Assembly: GCF_009831105.1 (NCBI RefSeq)
Contig: NZ_WUUQ01000001.1
Location: 30,001-62,000 of the forward strand
Direction of reading: 5' to 3'
Length of the DNA stretch: 32,000 nucleotides
From: Copranaerobaculum intestinale
GTDB lineage: Bacteria > Bacillota_I > Bacilli_A > Erysipelotrichales > Erysipelotrichaceae
The position numbers were made by a program, and so were the translations under genes. The stretch's first letter is position 1. Every line of letters begins with the position of its first letter. This document shows, piece after piece, positions 7,577 to 17,351 of this stretch. The notes under the pieces are model-generated. The model was not told where the DNA came from, did no database searches, and was given only the letters and a program-made list of their open reading frames with translations.

Positions 7577-8281
7577 TTATCCTCCTAAATACGCTTTTTG
7601 AATATCTTTGCTGGAAGCTAGTTCTTCTCCACTCCCGGATAGAACAATGCTTCCGGTTTCCATAACATAGGCACGGTCTGCGATTGAAAGTGCCATACGG
7701 GCATTTTGTTCTACCAGCAAAACCGTTGTACCCTGCTTCTTAATGTCCTTGATGATCGAAAAAATCTCCCTTACCAAAATCGGCGCCAATCCCATAGAAG
7801 GCTCATCCAGCAGCAGCAGCTTCGGCCGTGACATCAAGGCCCTGCCCATCGCCAGCATCTGCTGTTCACCACCGCTCAAAGTAGCCGCATCCTGTTTGCT
7901 TCTAGCCTCCAAGATTGGAAAGCGTTCATAGACCATTTTCAAATCTTGGCGGATCCCTTCCTTATCTTTTCGCAGATAAGCTCCCATCTCCAGATTTTCA
8001 AGTACGGTTAAACCGGGAAATATGCGCCTTCCTTCCGGTACGTGTGAAATTCCCCGTTTTACAATATCCTGTGCGCTTTTCCGATGCAGATTCTCTTCCA
8101 TAAATGTAATAGAACCGCTTTTGATTTTTTCGATACCGGAAATTGCTTTTAACGTCGAGCTCTTGCCCGCTCCGTTTGCCCCGATCAGGGTTACGATCTC
8201 TCCTTCGTTAACCTCCATGGTGATGCCCTTCAAAGCGCGGATGACGCCGTAGTTCAATTCCAGATTGTCAATCTTCAGCAT
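7577..8281 (-). CDS. livF: Branched-chain amino acid ABC transporter ATP-binding protein (LivF-type)
   Basis: Walker A GANGAGKSS, signature LSGGEQQML, Walker B LLLLDEPS. I prefer the ATG at 8281 (GAGGAGG 7 nt upstream) over the GTG at 8284. Confidence 0.9.
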   Translation of the reverse strand: MLKIDNLELNYGVIRALKGITMEVNEGEIVTLIGANGAGKSSTLKAISGIEKIKSGSITFMEENLHRKSAQDIVKRGISHVPEGRRIFPGLTVLENLEMGAYLRKDKEGIRQDLKMVYERFPILEARSKQDAATLSGGEQQMLAMGRALMSRPKLLLLDEPSMGLAPILVREIFSIIKDIKKQGTTVLLVEQNARMALSIADRAYVMETGSIVLSGSGEELASSKDIQKAYLGG

Positions 8282-8283
8282 CA

Positions 8284-9060
8284 CTACACCTCCTCACCCA
8301 GATAAGAATCGATAACCTTCTGGTTTACCGCAATTTCCGACGGTGTTCCCTTTGCTATCATTTTTCCGTAATCCAGCACATAAATCCGCTCACACAAATT
8401 CATGACTAATGACATATCATGCTCAATCAGCACAATGCTGATTTGAAATCGCTCTTTGATAAAGCGAATCAATTCAGTCAGCTCCGCGGTTTCTTGAGGA
8501 TTCATACCGGCTGCCGGTTCATCCAGAAACAACAGCTTGGGGTTGGTAGCCAGAGCGCGGGCAATCTCCAGTCGGCGCTGCTCTCCATAGGGAAGGTTAT
8601 CCGCCAGCTCTCCGCTTTTCTGATCCAGTTTCATAATGGAAAGCAATTCCCGAGCCTGCTTTTCCATACGGGCTTCTTCCTGATAAAATTTAGGGGTTCG
8701 AAAGATCGCCTGGGCAAGATGATAGTGAACATCTTTATGCATCGCGATCTTTACATTTTCCAATACGCTTAGTCCCTTAAACAGCCGAATGTTTTGAAAA
8801 GTTCTCGCGATTCCCATAGCTGTTACTTTATAGGGCTTCATTCCGCCGATACTGACTTCATGATCACCATTGTTTAAAAGAATCGTCCCTCCACTTGGTT
8901 CATAAACCCCGGTAAGCATATTGAACAGCGTTGTTTTGCCGGCACCGTTGGGACCGATCAAACCGACCAGTTCATTTGATGCCACTTCCATGCTGATATT
9001 GGAATTTGCACACAATCCCCCAAAATTCTTAGTTAAATTTTTGACGGTGAGAAGTGCCAT
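8284..9060 (-). CDS. livG: Branched-chain amino acid ABC transporter ATP-binding protein (LivG-type)
   Basis: Walker A GPNGAGKTT, signature-region LPYGEQRRLEIARAL, Walker B LLFLDEPAAG. Start taken at the ATG at 9060 (MALLTVKNL), immediately after the livM stop. The ORF start at 9117 would overlap livM. Confidence 0.9.
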   Translation of the reverse strand: MALLTVKNLTKNFGGLCANSNISMEVASNELVGLIGPNGAGKTTLFNMLTGVYEPSGGTILLNNGDHEVSIGGMKPYKVTAMGIARTFQNIRLFKGLSVLENVKIAMHKDVHYHLAQAIFRTPKFYQEEARMEKQARELLSIMKLDQKSGELADNLPYGEQRRLEIARALATNPKLLFLDEPAAGMNPQETAELTELIRFIKERFQISIVLIEHDMSLVMNLCERIYVLDYGKMIAKGTPSEIAVNQKVIDSYLGEEV

Positions 9061-9061
9061 A

Positions 9062-10018
9062 TCATTCAGCCCCCTTTGTCTTTTTCTTCCATATGTCGGT
9101 GATTTCTTTATTCCCAAACAAACCGCGGGGGCGCAGAATCATCACCAGCACCAGAATCAGCGCGTACAGGATCATCCGAATTTCCGAGTAATCCTGTAAA
9201 AACGTATTCATGACAGCGATAAAAATACCGCCTACAACCGTACCGCTGAGCGAACCCATCCCCCCCAGCACAACGATGACCAATACATCGATCGATTTGG
9301 TAAAACCGAAATCCCCCGGTTTGATAAAGAAATTCATCGGTCCGAAATACGCTCCCGCTACTGCCGCTAGACTCGCTCCGATCAAGAAAGCAACGGTTTT
9401 GTATTTCGTCGTATTGATACCCATCGCCTCTGCCGCAATTTCATCTTCACGCACGGAAACAGTAGCTCGGCCATGTGATGACTTTACATAATTGACGATC
9501 AATAAAATAGCCAGCATAATCGTGATCACCATCATAATGAACATCCCCTGATCGTTGATTCCTTCAAAGGATAAATAACTCAGGCCGCTGGCTCCGCCGG
9601 TAATATCTAAGTTTTGAATCACAATGCGGATAATTTCGGAAAAGCCCAATGTTGCGATAGCCAGATAATCTCCGCGCAAGCGAAAGGTTGGAATCGCGAT
9701 GATCAACGCTACCGCACATGTAATAACGATTCCCAACGCAGTACCTAAGGCAAAACCGTAGATTGTCGCATTGCTTTGAAAGATGATGCCCACACTGTAT
9801 GCACCGATGGCAATAAAGCCGGCATGCCCAAGCGAAAACTGACCGCTGACCCCGATGATCAGATTCAGCCCGAGCGCTCCGATGATATAATAGCACGCGG
9901 TAATAAACGTTTTCTGCCATTTCGGCGGAATCAACCCAAACATTACTGATAACAGAATAACCGAAACAACAAGGATGAGCAGTGCAGTGATGTTTTTTCT
10001 TGAAAAGGATTGTTTCAT
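9062..10018 (-). CDS. livM: Branched-chain amino acid ABC transporter permease (LivM-type)
   Basis: Polytopic membrane ORF in the liv operon position. The ATG at 10018 (MKQSF...) is preferred over the GTG at 10027, which abuts the livH stop. Confidence 0.88.
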   Translation of the reverse strand: MKQSFSRKNITALLILVVSVILLSVMFGLIPPKWQKTFITACYYIIGALGLNLIIGVSGQFSLGHAGFIAIGAYSVGIIFQSNATIYGFALGTALGIVITCAVALIIAIPTFRLRGDYLAIATLGFSEIIRIVIQNLDITGGASGLSYLSFEGINDQGMFIMMVITIMLAILLIVNYVKSSHGRATVSVREDEIAAEAMGINTTKYKTVAFLIGASLAAVAGAYFGPMNFFIKPGDFGFTKSIDVLVIVVLGGMGSLSGTVVGGIFIAVMNTFLQDYSEIRMILYALILVLVMILRPRGLFGNKEITDIWKKKTKGAE

Positions 10019-10027
10019 GTCAAACAC

Positions 10028-10915
10028 CTACACTTTCTCTTTTTTATTTTTACCGAGCAAGCCTGCCGGTTTCACAACCAAAATAATAATCAAAAGACCA
10101 TATACGATGGCATCCTGCCAAAGTGAGGAGATATAACCTGATGCAAAGGTTTGGATGACGCCGATTGACAAGCCGCCGAACATCGCTCCGGGAATAATGC
10201 CGATGCCTCCGAAAACTGCCGCAATAAATGCTTTTAATCCCGGAATCATACCCATTAACGGTTCAACGATATTATAATGAAGGCCAATTAGAACGCCTGC
10301 TGCGCCGGCGAGTGCGCTTCCAAGCGCAAATGTAAAGGAAATGGTATGATCAACATTGATGCCCATCAATCTCGCCGCATCCGGATCTGTTGAAACCGCC
10401 CGCATTGCTTTTCCCATCTTCGTACAATTAACGATATAGGTTAGCAGAAGCATTAAGATGATCGTTGTGACAACAATGATCATCGTCGATAACGTAAACG
10501 TAATTTCTCCGATATGAAAAACGGTATTTTCAAACGGAGCTGTCAGCGTACGGCGCTCTGCTCCGAAGAAATACACCATGACATACTCTAAGAAATAGGA
10601 AACCCCCATTGCCGTAATCAAAGCGGTGATCCGTGAAGCATTGCGAAGCGGTTTATAGGCCACCTTTTCAATCAGCATCCCGATTAGTGCACAGCCGCCC
10701 ATTGCCAGCACCAGCGCAAGGATAAAGCCGCCGTATCCTCCGGCGATATATTTAAACGAAAAATATCCGATAAAAGCTCCCAGCATATAAATATCACCAT
10801 GGGCAAAGTTGATCAATTTGATAATCCCGTAAACCATCGTGTATCCAAGTGCGACAAGAGCGAAAACACTGCCAATGGAAAGACCGTTTACTAATTGCTG
10901 AATAAACTGTACCAT
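10028..10915 (-). CDS. livH: Branched-chain amino acid ABC transporter permease (LivH-type)
   Basis: Polytopic membrane ORF, MVQFIQQLVNGLSIGSVFALVALGYTMVYG..., a typical LivH N-terminus. The ATG at 10915 has GGAAGGGAGAG upstream. The ORF track extends to 10936. Confidence 0.88.
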   Translation of the reverse strand: MVQFIQQLVNGLSIGSVFALVALGYTMVYGIIKLINFAHGDIYMLGAFIGYFSFKYIAGGYGGFILALVLAMGGCALIGMLIEKVAYKPLRNASRITALITAMGVSYFLEYVMVYFFGAERRTLTAPFENTVFHIGEITFTLSTMIIVVTTIILMLLLTYIVNCTKMGKAMRAVSTDPDAARLMGINVDHTISFTFALGSALAGAAGVLIGLHYNIVEPLMGMIPGLKAFIAAVFGGIGIIPGAMFGGLSIGVIQTFASGYISSLWQDAIVYGLLIIILVVKPAGLLGKNKKEKV

Positions 10916-10940
10916 TGCATTCTCTCCCTTCCTCATTAAT

Positions 10941-10982
10941 TAAAAATGAAACAAATAGGCGAAATCGACTTTCACCTATTTG
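10941..10982 (-). terminator. Intra-operon hairpin plus T-run between the binding-protein gene and the permease genes (likely partial terminator)
   Basis: Minus strand: CAAATAGGTGAAA-GTCGA-TTTCGCCTATTTG. The stem is 13 bp with one G.U pair and is followed by TTTCATTTTTAATT. Confidence 0.6.
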
Positions 10983-11005
10983 TGCATCATCTTATCATGA
11001 TCTAT

Positions 11006-12163
11006 TTATTTAACTTCCGCAGCGCTCACCTGTTCACCATTTTTCAGTTCAACAACCGTGATCACCTTATCGGGTGTATGATCCTTTTTCATCGTGAAGG
11101 AACCGGTAACACCACTGAATTTTGCCTTGGTATCACCCAATGCCTTATTGACTGTTTCCGGTGTTACATCCTTACCTGCACGCTTGATAACATCTGCGGC
11201 ATAGTACGCAAGATCATAACCCAATGCTTCAAAGCATCCCGGTTCCTTGTCATAAGCTGCCTGATACTTTTTCACAAAATCTTTTACTTTCTGATTTTCA
11301 CCGACCTTGGAGAAATGAGTTGAGAAGAATACATTATTTAAATTGGCATTCCCCGCCTGTTTGATAAAGTTTTCAGAATCAAAACCATCCGGTCCAAGAA
11401 TCATAGCGTCGATTCCCATTTCGCGTGCCTGTTTTACAAGCGGCCCGGCCTCCTGATAGTAACCGGGTACGAACATAACATCAAAGCTCTCAGATTTCAA
11501 ACTAGTAAGAATACTCTTAAAATCGGTATCGCCGGTTTGATAGCTTTTGCTTGCGACAATCGTTCCGGAGCCGTCCGCGAATTCCTTTTTAAAGGATTCC
11601 GCAAGGCCTTTTGCATAATCAGAGCCGCTGTCAGAAACGATAACTGCCCTTTTCGCATCTTTAGACAGCGCGAATTTCGCCAGCGCCTCTCCCTGATAGT
11701 TATCGGAATAACAGATTTTATAACCGTATTTAGTAACGGAGCCGTCTTTATTTTCCGTAACGTTATTCGCTGTTGCCGATGCGGAAATTACCGGTATTTT
11801 GTTTTTGTTGGCGACATTAATCGCCGCGCTTGTATTTCCCGAAGTGGCAGGCCCCAGCACCATAACGACTTCATCCTCGGTCATCAGCTTGGTTGTAACG
11901 GTTCCGACTTCCGTAATTTCTGACTTATTATCAGCAACGACCAGCTCCAGCTTCTTGCCGTTGACGCCGCCCTTCTTATTGATTTCTTTAATTGCCAGCT
12001 TAATGCCGTTTACATGAGCTTTCCCGTAATCAGCTACCCCGCCGGTTTGCTCATAATCCACGCCGATTTTAATGGTTTTTGAATCATCCCCCGATCCACC
12101 GCATCCGGCCAGTACAGTCAATGCCATACATCCGGCTGCCATCATTTTCATGTGCTTCCTCAT
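11006..12163 (-). CDS. livJ: Branched-chain amino acid ABC transporter substrate-binding lipoprotein (LivJ/K-type)
   Basis: 385 aa. Signal peptide with the lipobox LAGC (MRKHMKMMAAGCMALTVLAGCGGSGDD), then a type I periplasmic-binding-protein-like sequence (KIGVDYEQTGGVADYGKAHVNGIKLAIKEINKKGGVNGKKLELVVADNKS). First gene of the liv operon. Confidence 0.9.
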   Translation of the reverse strand: MRKHMKMMAAGCMALTVLAGCGGSGDDSKTIKIGVDYEQTGGVADYGKAHVNGIKLAIKEINKKGGVNGKKLELVVADNKSEITEVGTVTTKLMTEDEVVMVLGPATSGNTSAAINVANKNKIPVISASATANNVTENKDGSVTKYGYKICYSDNYQGEALAKFALSKDAKRAVIVSDSGSDYAKGLAESFKKEFADGSGTIVASKSYQTGDTDFKSILTSLKSESFDVMFVPGYYQEAGPLVKQAREMGIDAMILGPDGFDSENFIKQAGNANLNNVFFSTHFSKVGENQKVKDFVKKYQAAYDKEPGCFEALGYDLAYYAADVIKRAGKDVTPETVNKALGDTKAKFSGVTGSFTMKKDHTPDKVITVVELKNGEQVSAAEVK

Positions 12164-12228
12164 ATGTCTTCTCTCCTTTTCCCTTATTCATATCTTGTCT
12201 ATCTCTCGTGTACAAGTATATTGACAAT

Positions 12229-12257
12229 AGTATAAACTTATTTACAGCCTTTTTCAA
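12229..12257 (-). promoter_or_regulatory. Sigma-A-type promoter of the liv operon
   Basis: Minus strand: TTGAAA (12257-12252), a 17-nt spacer, then TATACT (12234-12229). It lies about 65 nt upstream of the livJ ATG. Confidence 0.6.
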
Positions 12258-12323
12258 CACCTTTTCACATCTTTTACATATTTTTCACCATTTTCATTCA
12301 GTTTCATTCACACACTTTCACAT
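12250..12323 (-). repeat. Helically phased T-tract (A-tract on the gene strand) array upstream of the liv promoter
   Basis: Plus-strand T3-T5 runs start at 12250, 12262, 12272, 12281, 12291, 12302 and 12316. The spacings are 9-14 nt (12, 10, 9, 10, 11, 14). Most sit in the context TTTTCA(C/T/A). Confidence 0.55.
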
Positions 12324-12382
12324 AATAATCGAGCTCTTACATTAGGATATCTATCATAATCAAGATTTTGACAAGGTAAATT

Positions 12383-12405
12383 AAAAAAGTGCCGCTAAGC
12401 AGCAC
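12383..12405 (-). terminator. Rho-independent terminator after the diguanylate cyclase gene
   Basis: Minus strand: GTGCTG-CTTAG-CGGCAC followed by TTTTTT, directly after the stop codon. The stem is short (6 bp including one G.U pair). Confidence 0.55.
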
Positions 12406-13413
12406 CTATGAATCTTGATAAAAGTGTATAGCACCCTTACGGTGATTTTTAACTTGATATAAGGCTCGATCAGCACAATTCCAAAGGGTGTCGAAATTAC
12501 ATCCATGCTTAGGATAGCTGGTAACTCCCATACTGACACCCCCGATGTCGTCTACCCCTAACTGCTTTTTATACACATCCCATCGCGCTTGAAATTGGGT
12601 TGCTCGATCATAGATAACCGCATCATCCGGCTCCTTGGAAAACGGCATATACAGGATAAATTCATCTCCGCCGATACGGCCGATCACACTGTCCGCAAAC
12701 GATTCCTTCAGCGTATCCGCCAAGCGCTTCAGCACCACATCTCCGAACGGATGTCCATACCGATCATTTACCAGCTTAAAACTATCCATATCCAACATGA
12801 CCATAATTCCATGCGGATACTGTTTCATATTCGTTTCCACAGCTTCTTCACAAAAATGCTTGTTGAATACATCCGTTAAGGAATCATATTGTGAGTAATA
12901 GATAATCTTCTTGGTCGCTTCCTCCAGTTCAGCTGTCTTGGCTTCTATTTTCTCCTGCAGCAGACGATTGCTTTGTTCCGTGATTTTCTGCGGAAAAAAT
13001 TCTTCTTCGGACTGATACCGATCGGCTACCGATTGATGAACATGCATAATTTTCCAATCATTATCGTGGATATGCCTCAAAATCATGGTAAAACGAAAAT
13101 CAAAATCGTAGATGATTCGATCATCGGCATTTTCCCGTGCAGCCATCTCACCGATCACATTGTATATTACTTCACTGAGCGGCGTGGCTTGAATCCATTT
13201 TGGCTCCATATGAAAAGTTCCGCTCCAAGAGGTTTCTTCCCTTGCCATAGAGGCCGCAAACTCCTCTGCTGTTCGGCTAATTTCATGAGCACCAGTACCG
13301 ATTACTGTAAGACGCTCATCCATAACCTCATGCAAAAGATCATATTTATGATTCTCCATGTAGGCTTTCCATACTCCCAGACAAAACTGTTCTGCTGATA
13401 CCCTGTGATCCAT
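12406..13413 (-). CDS. Diguanylate cyclase: N-terminal NTF2/SnoaL-like domain, coiled-coil linker, C-terminal GGDEF domain
   Basis: 335 aa. The GGDEF motif is present as RIGGDEFILY, preceded by typical GGDEF-domain sequence (DSLTDVFNKHFCEE...MLDMDSFKLVNDRYGHPFGDVVLKRLA). The N-terminal roughly 135 aa (...DFDFRFTMILRHIHDNDWKIMHVHQS) look like an NTF2-like fold. Confidence 0.88.
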   Translation of the reverse strand: MDHRVSAEQFCLGVWKAYMENHKYDLLHEVMDERLTVIGTGAHEISRTAEEFAASMAREETSWSGTFHMEPKWIQATPLSEVIYNVIGEMAARENADDRIIYDFDFRFTMILRHIHDNDWKIMHVHQSVADRYQSEEEFFPQKITEQSNRLLQEKIEAKTAELEEATKKIIYYSQYDSLTDVFNKHFCEEAVETNMKQYPHGIMVMLDMDSFKLVNDRYGHPFGDVVLKRLADTLKESFADSVIGRIGGDEFILYMPFSKEPDDAVIYDRATQFQARWDVYKKQLGVDDIGGVSMGVTSYPKHGCNFDTLWNCADRALYQVKNHRKGAIHFYQDS

Positions 13414-13504
13414 GACATCTCATCATTTCTAGTACAAGTATACAATACCTCAGCCTAGATTGCCAAGGCAGATCCTATATAATTCTGTGCAATGCCACGA
13501 TGCA

Positions 13505-13533
13505 TAAAAAAACTGCTGATTGCTCAGCAGTTT
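13505..13533 (-). terminator. Rho-independent terminator after tpiA
   Basis: Minus strand: AAACTGCTGA-GCAA-TCAGCAGTTT followed by TTTTATG. Confidence 0.85.
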
Positions 13534-13540
13534 CAAACAT

Positions 13541-14284
13541 TTATTTTGTCTTATTGATAATTTCCGTGAAGCTGTCCGCTTTTAAAGAAGCGCCGCCAAT
13601 CAGAGCACCATCAATATCCGGACAAGCCATGTATTCCACGATATTCTCAGGTTTTACCGATCCGCCGTACTGAATACGCACTGCATCTGCCGCTTCCTTG
13701 CCATACATCTTTTCAATCTGATCACGAACGATATGACAGCATTTCTGTGCATCTTCCTTGGTAGCAGATTTACCGGTACCGATTGCCCAAATTGGTTCAT
13801 AGGCAACCACGATACCCTTTACGCAGTCAGGGCACAGATCAGCCAGAGATCCGCTCAGCTGACTGCGGATAACCGTTTCAGTTTCTCCGGCATCGTATTG
13901 TGCTTCTGTTTCACCGATACATACGATCGGTGTAATGTCTGCATCAATCAGGCGCTTTGCCTTTTTATTGACGCTTTCATCTGTATCCCCAAACATCTGA
14001 CGACGTTCAGAATGACCGATAATGCAGTATTTCACGCCGATTTCTTCCAGCATTGGAACACTTACCTCACCAGTGAATGCACCACTATCAGCAAAATGAC
14101 AATTTTCAGCCGCAATAATTAAATTTTTAGCATGCTTGACAGAATCCTGCAACGCCAGGAAAGATGTACCAACACCATAAGTAGCTCCATCATGACATAC
14201 CGGGTCAACTGCTTTAATGAAATCTACCGCTTCCGCGATTGTTTTATTCATTTTCCAGTTTCCGACAATAATAGGTTTTCTCAT
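13541..14284 (-). CDS. tpiA: Triosephosphate isomerase
   Basis: 247 aa. IVGNWKMNKT at the N-terminus, IIGHSERR, and the active-site region VAYEPIWAIGTGKSAT. Confidence 0.97.
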   Translation of the reverse strand: MRKPIIVGNWKMNKTIAEAVDFIKAVDPVCHDGATYGVGTSFLALQDSVKHAKNLIIAAENCHFADSGAFTGEVSVPMLEEIGVKYCIIGHSERRQMFGDTDESVNKKAKRLIDADITPIVCIGETEAQYDAGETETVIRSQLSGSLADLCPDCVKGIVVAYEPIWAIGTGKSATKEDAQKCCHIVRDQIEKMYGKEAADAVRIQYGGSVKPENIVEYMACPDIDGALIGGASLKADSFTEIINKTK

Positions 14285-14286
14285 AA

Positions 14287-15465
<1,179 letters not shown>

Positions 15466-15496
15466 TTTATAATTTCCTCCTTAATGAATCGGTATT

Positions 15497-15522
15497 ATTA
15501 TAACACTAACCAAAATGTTAGT
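15497..15522 (-). promoter_or_regulatory. pgk promoter: extended -10 (TGTTATAAT) with an adjacent 6-6-6 inverted repeat
   Basis: Minus strand: ACTAAC-ATTTTG-GTTAGT (15522-15505), running directly into TGT-TATAAT (TATAAT = 15502-15497). Confidence 0.5.
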
Positions 15523-15561
15523 AAATGTAAAAACAGCGCTATCGACTGGGTTATCAGCATG

Positions 15562-15587
15562 AAAAAAGAAGGCTTTTTACGCCTTCT
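15562..15587 (-). terminator. Rho-independent terminator after guaB
   Basis: Minus strand: AGAAGGC-GTAAAAA-GCCTTCT followed by TTTTTT. Confidence 0.85.
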
Positions 15588-15592
15588 GATCA

Positions 15593-17107
15593 TTAATTTA
15601 CTTTCGCGTCGTACTTGTTATCCTTGACCACTACATCATGAGCACCGCCTTCTACGATACTCGTAGAGGATACCAGTGTGATTTTGGCATTCTTCTGCAG
15701 CTCTGGGATGCTTAAAGCACCGCAGTTGCACATTGTATGACGAACCTTGCTCAAGGTCAGATCGACATTATCCTTCAATGCCCCGGCATAAGGTACATAG
15801 GAGTCAACCCCTTCTTCAAAGGACAGTTTCCCAGAACCGCCTAAATCATAGCGCTGCCAATTGCGGGCGCGGGCGCTTCCCTCTCCCCAGTATTCTTTCA
15901 TATAAGTACCGTTGATCGTTACCTTGTTCGTCGGAGATTCTTCAAAGCGGGAGAAATAGCGTCCCAACATGACAAAGTCAGCTCCCATCGCCAGGGCAAG
16001 GGTAATGTGATAATCATGGACGATACCGCCGTCACTGCAGATCGGAATATAAATGCCGGTTTCTTTAAAATATTCATCACGGGCTTTCGCTACTTCAATG
16101 GTTGCCGTAGCCTGACCGCGCCCGATTCCCTTCTGTTCACGGGTAATACAGATAGAGCCGCCGCCGATGCCGATTTTGATAAAATCCGCTCCAGCTTCTG
16201 CCAGAAAACGAAAGCCCTCCGCATCCACGACATTACCGGCTCCTACTTTTACCGTATCTCCGTATTTTTCACGAATCCATTTCAGGGTAATGCGCTGCCA
16301 TTCACTGAACCCCTCAGATGAATCAATACATAAAATATCCGCTCCTGCTTCTACCAGCGCCGGTACTCGTTTTTCATAGTCACGGGTATTGATGCCAGCA
16401 CCGACAACATAGCGCTTGTGCTCATCCAGGAGTTCATTTGGATTCTCTTTGTGAGATTCATAATCCTTACGGAATACAAAGCCTGTCAAATGCTGATCAG
16501 AATCGATCACCGGCAATGCATTCAGCTTGTATTCCCAGATGATATCGTTTGCTTCACCCAAGGTACAGCCGTCCTTCGCATAAATCAATTTTTCAAACGG
16601 CGTCATAAACTCCGTAATTTTTGTTGCAGGATCCATTCTGCTTACACGATAATCACGACTGGTAACAATACCTACCAATTTGCCTTTGGCTGTACCGTCC
16701 TTTGTTACCGCCATGGTAGAATGACCGGTACGCTCCTTCATTGCAATCACATCCGCTAAGGTCGCATCAACGGAAATATTAGAATCGCTGGTCACAAATC
16801 CCGCTTTTGTCGCTTTCACTCGAGCTACCATCGCAGCTTCATTCTCGATGCTCTGTGATCCGTAAATAAAGGAAACACCGCCTTCACGAGCCAGAGCTGT
16901 GGCCATGCGCTCACCGGAAACAGATTGCATGATGGCAGAAACCATCGGTATATTCATCGTGAGTTTTGGCTCTTCCTCCCCTTTGCGGTATTTCACCAAG
17001 GGAGTCTTTAACGAAACTTTATCAGGAATGCATTCGCTGGAAGAATATCCAGGTACGAGCAGGTATTCACTGAAAGTGTGAGATGGTTCATCAAAAAAGT
17101 ACGCCAT
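15593..17107 (-). CDS. guaB: Inosine-5'-monophosphate dehydrogenase (with CBS subdomain)
   Basis: Catalytic loop [13 protein letters not shown], plus an internal CBS pair. Start set at the ATG at 17107 ([12 protein letters not shown]...) with GAAGGAG upstream. The ORF-track start at 17143 lies just downstream of the predicted -10 (17146-17151), upstream of the likely transcription start. Confidence 0.95.
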   Translation of the reverse strand: MAYFFDEPSHTFSEYLLVPGYSSSECIPDKVSLKTPLVKYRKGEEEPKLTMNIPMVSAIMQSVSGERMATALAREGGVSFIYGSQSIENEAAMVARVKATKAGFVTSDSNISVDATLADVIAMKERTGHSTMAVTKDGTAKGKLVGIVTSRDYRVSRMDPATKITEFMTPFEKLIYAKDGCTLGEANDIIWEYKLNALPVIDSDQHLTGFVFRKDYESHKENPNELLDEHKRYVVGAGINTRDYEKRVPALVEAGADILCIDSSEGFSEWQRITLKWIREKYGDTVKVGAGNVVDAEGFRFLAEAGADFIKIGIGGGSICITREQKGIGRGQATATIEVAKARDEYFKETGIYIPICSDGGIVHDYHITLALAMGADFVMLGRYFSRFEESPTNKVTINGTYMKEYWGEGSARARNWQRYDLGGSGKLSFEEGVDSYVPYAGALKDNVDLTLSKVRHTMCNCGALSIPELQKNAKITLVSSTSIVEGGAHDVVVKDNKYDAKVN

Positions 17108-17145
17108 AATGTAATCTCCTTCTCTAAAAATGTAAATTTTCATAC

Positions 17146-17174
17146 ATTATAAAGATTTGCCTGTTCTGTGTCAA
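17146..17174 (-). promoter_or_regulatory. Sigma-A-type promoter of guaB
   Basis: Minus strand: TTGACA (17174-17169), a 17-nt spacer, then TATAAT (17151-17146). Both hexamers match the consensus. Confidence 0.7.
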
Positions 17175-17326
17175 GCGTTTATGAAAACGTAATAAAACTA
17201 TTTATTTACAAGCGTTTTTTCACATAAATTACATTTTTTACAATCTTTTTCACATCATATCCGCTTCCTTGTAAACGGACAAAAATTCATTTTTTTTGAT
17301 AAAGGAAATATTTGATCTTCATACAG

Positions 17327-17351
17327 AAAAAAAGAGGTGTGCCTACACCTC
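17327..17351 (-). terminator. Rho-independent terminator after the lipoprotein gene
   Basis: Minus strand: GAGGTGT-AGGC-ACACCTC followed by TTTTTTT. The stem overlaps the stop codon. Confidence 0.8.

Noticed and set aside
9061-9117. N-terminal extension of the livG ORF (MGIKKSPTYGRKRQRGLND)
   Set aside because: It overlaps the end of livM. The ATG at 9060 follows the livM stop directly and gives the normal LivG N-terminus.
9564-9920. 118-aa minus-strand ORF inside livM, in another frame
   Set aside because: It is an out-of-frame shadow of a membrane-protein gene. The translation is Arg/Tyr/Cys-rich with no start signals.
12164-12228. Possible T-box or other riboswitch leader for the liv operon
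   Set aside because: The predicted leader is only about 65 nt. It has no specifier or terminator architecture, only a weak 5-bp inverted repeat (CTTGT...ACAAG).
17108-17143. N-terminal extension of the guaB ORF ([12 protein letters not shown])
   Set aside because: This start lies immediately downstream of the predicted -10 and upstream of the likely transcription start and the GAAGGAG ribosome-binding site. [12 protein letters not shown] is a canonical IMPDH N-terminus.
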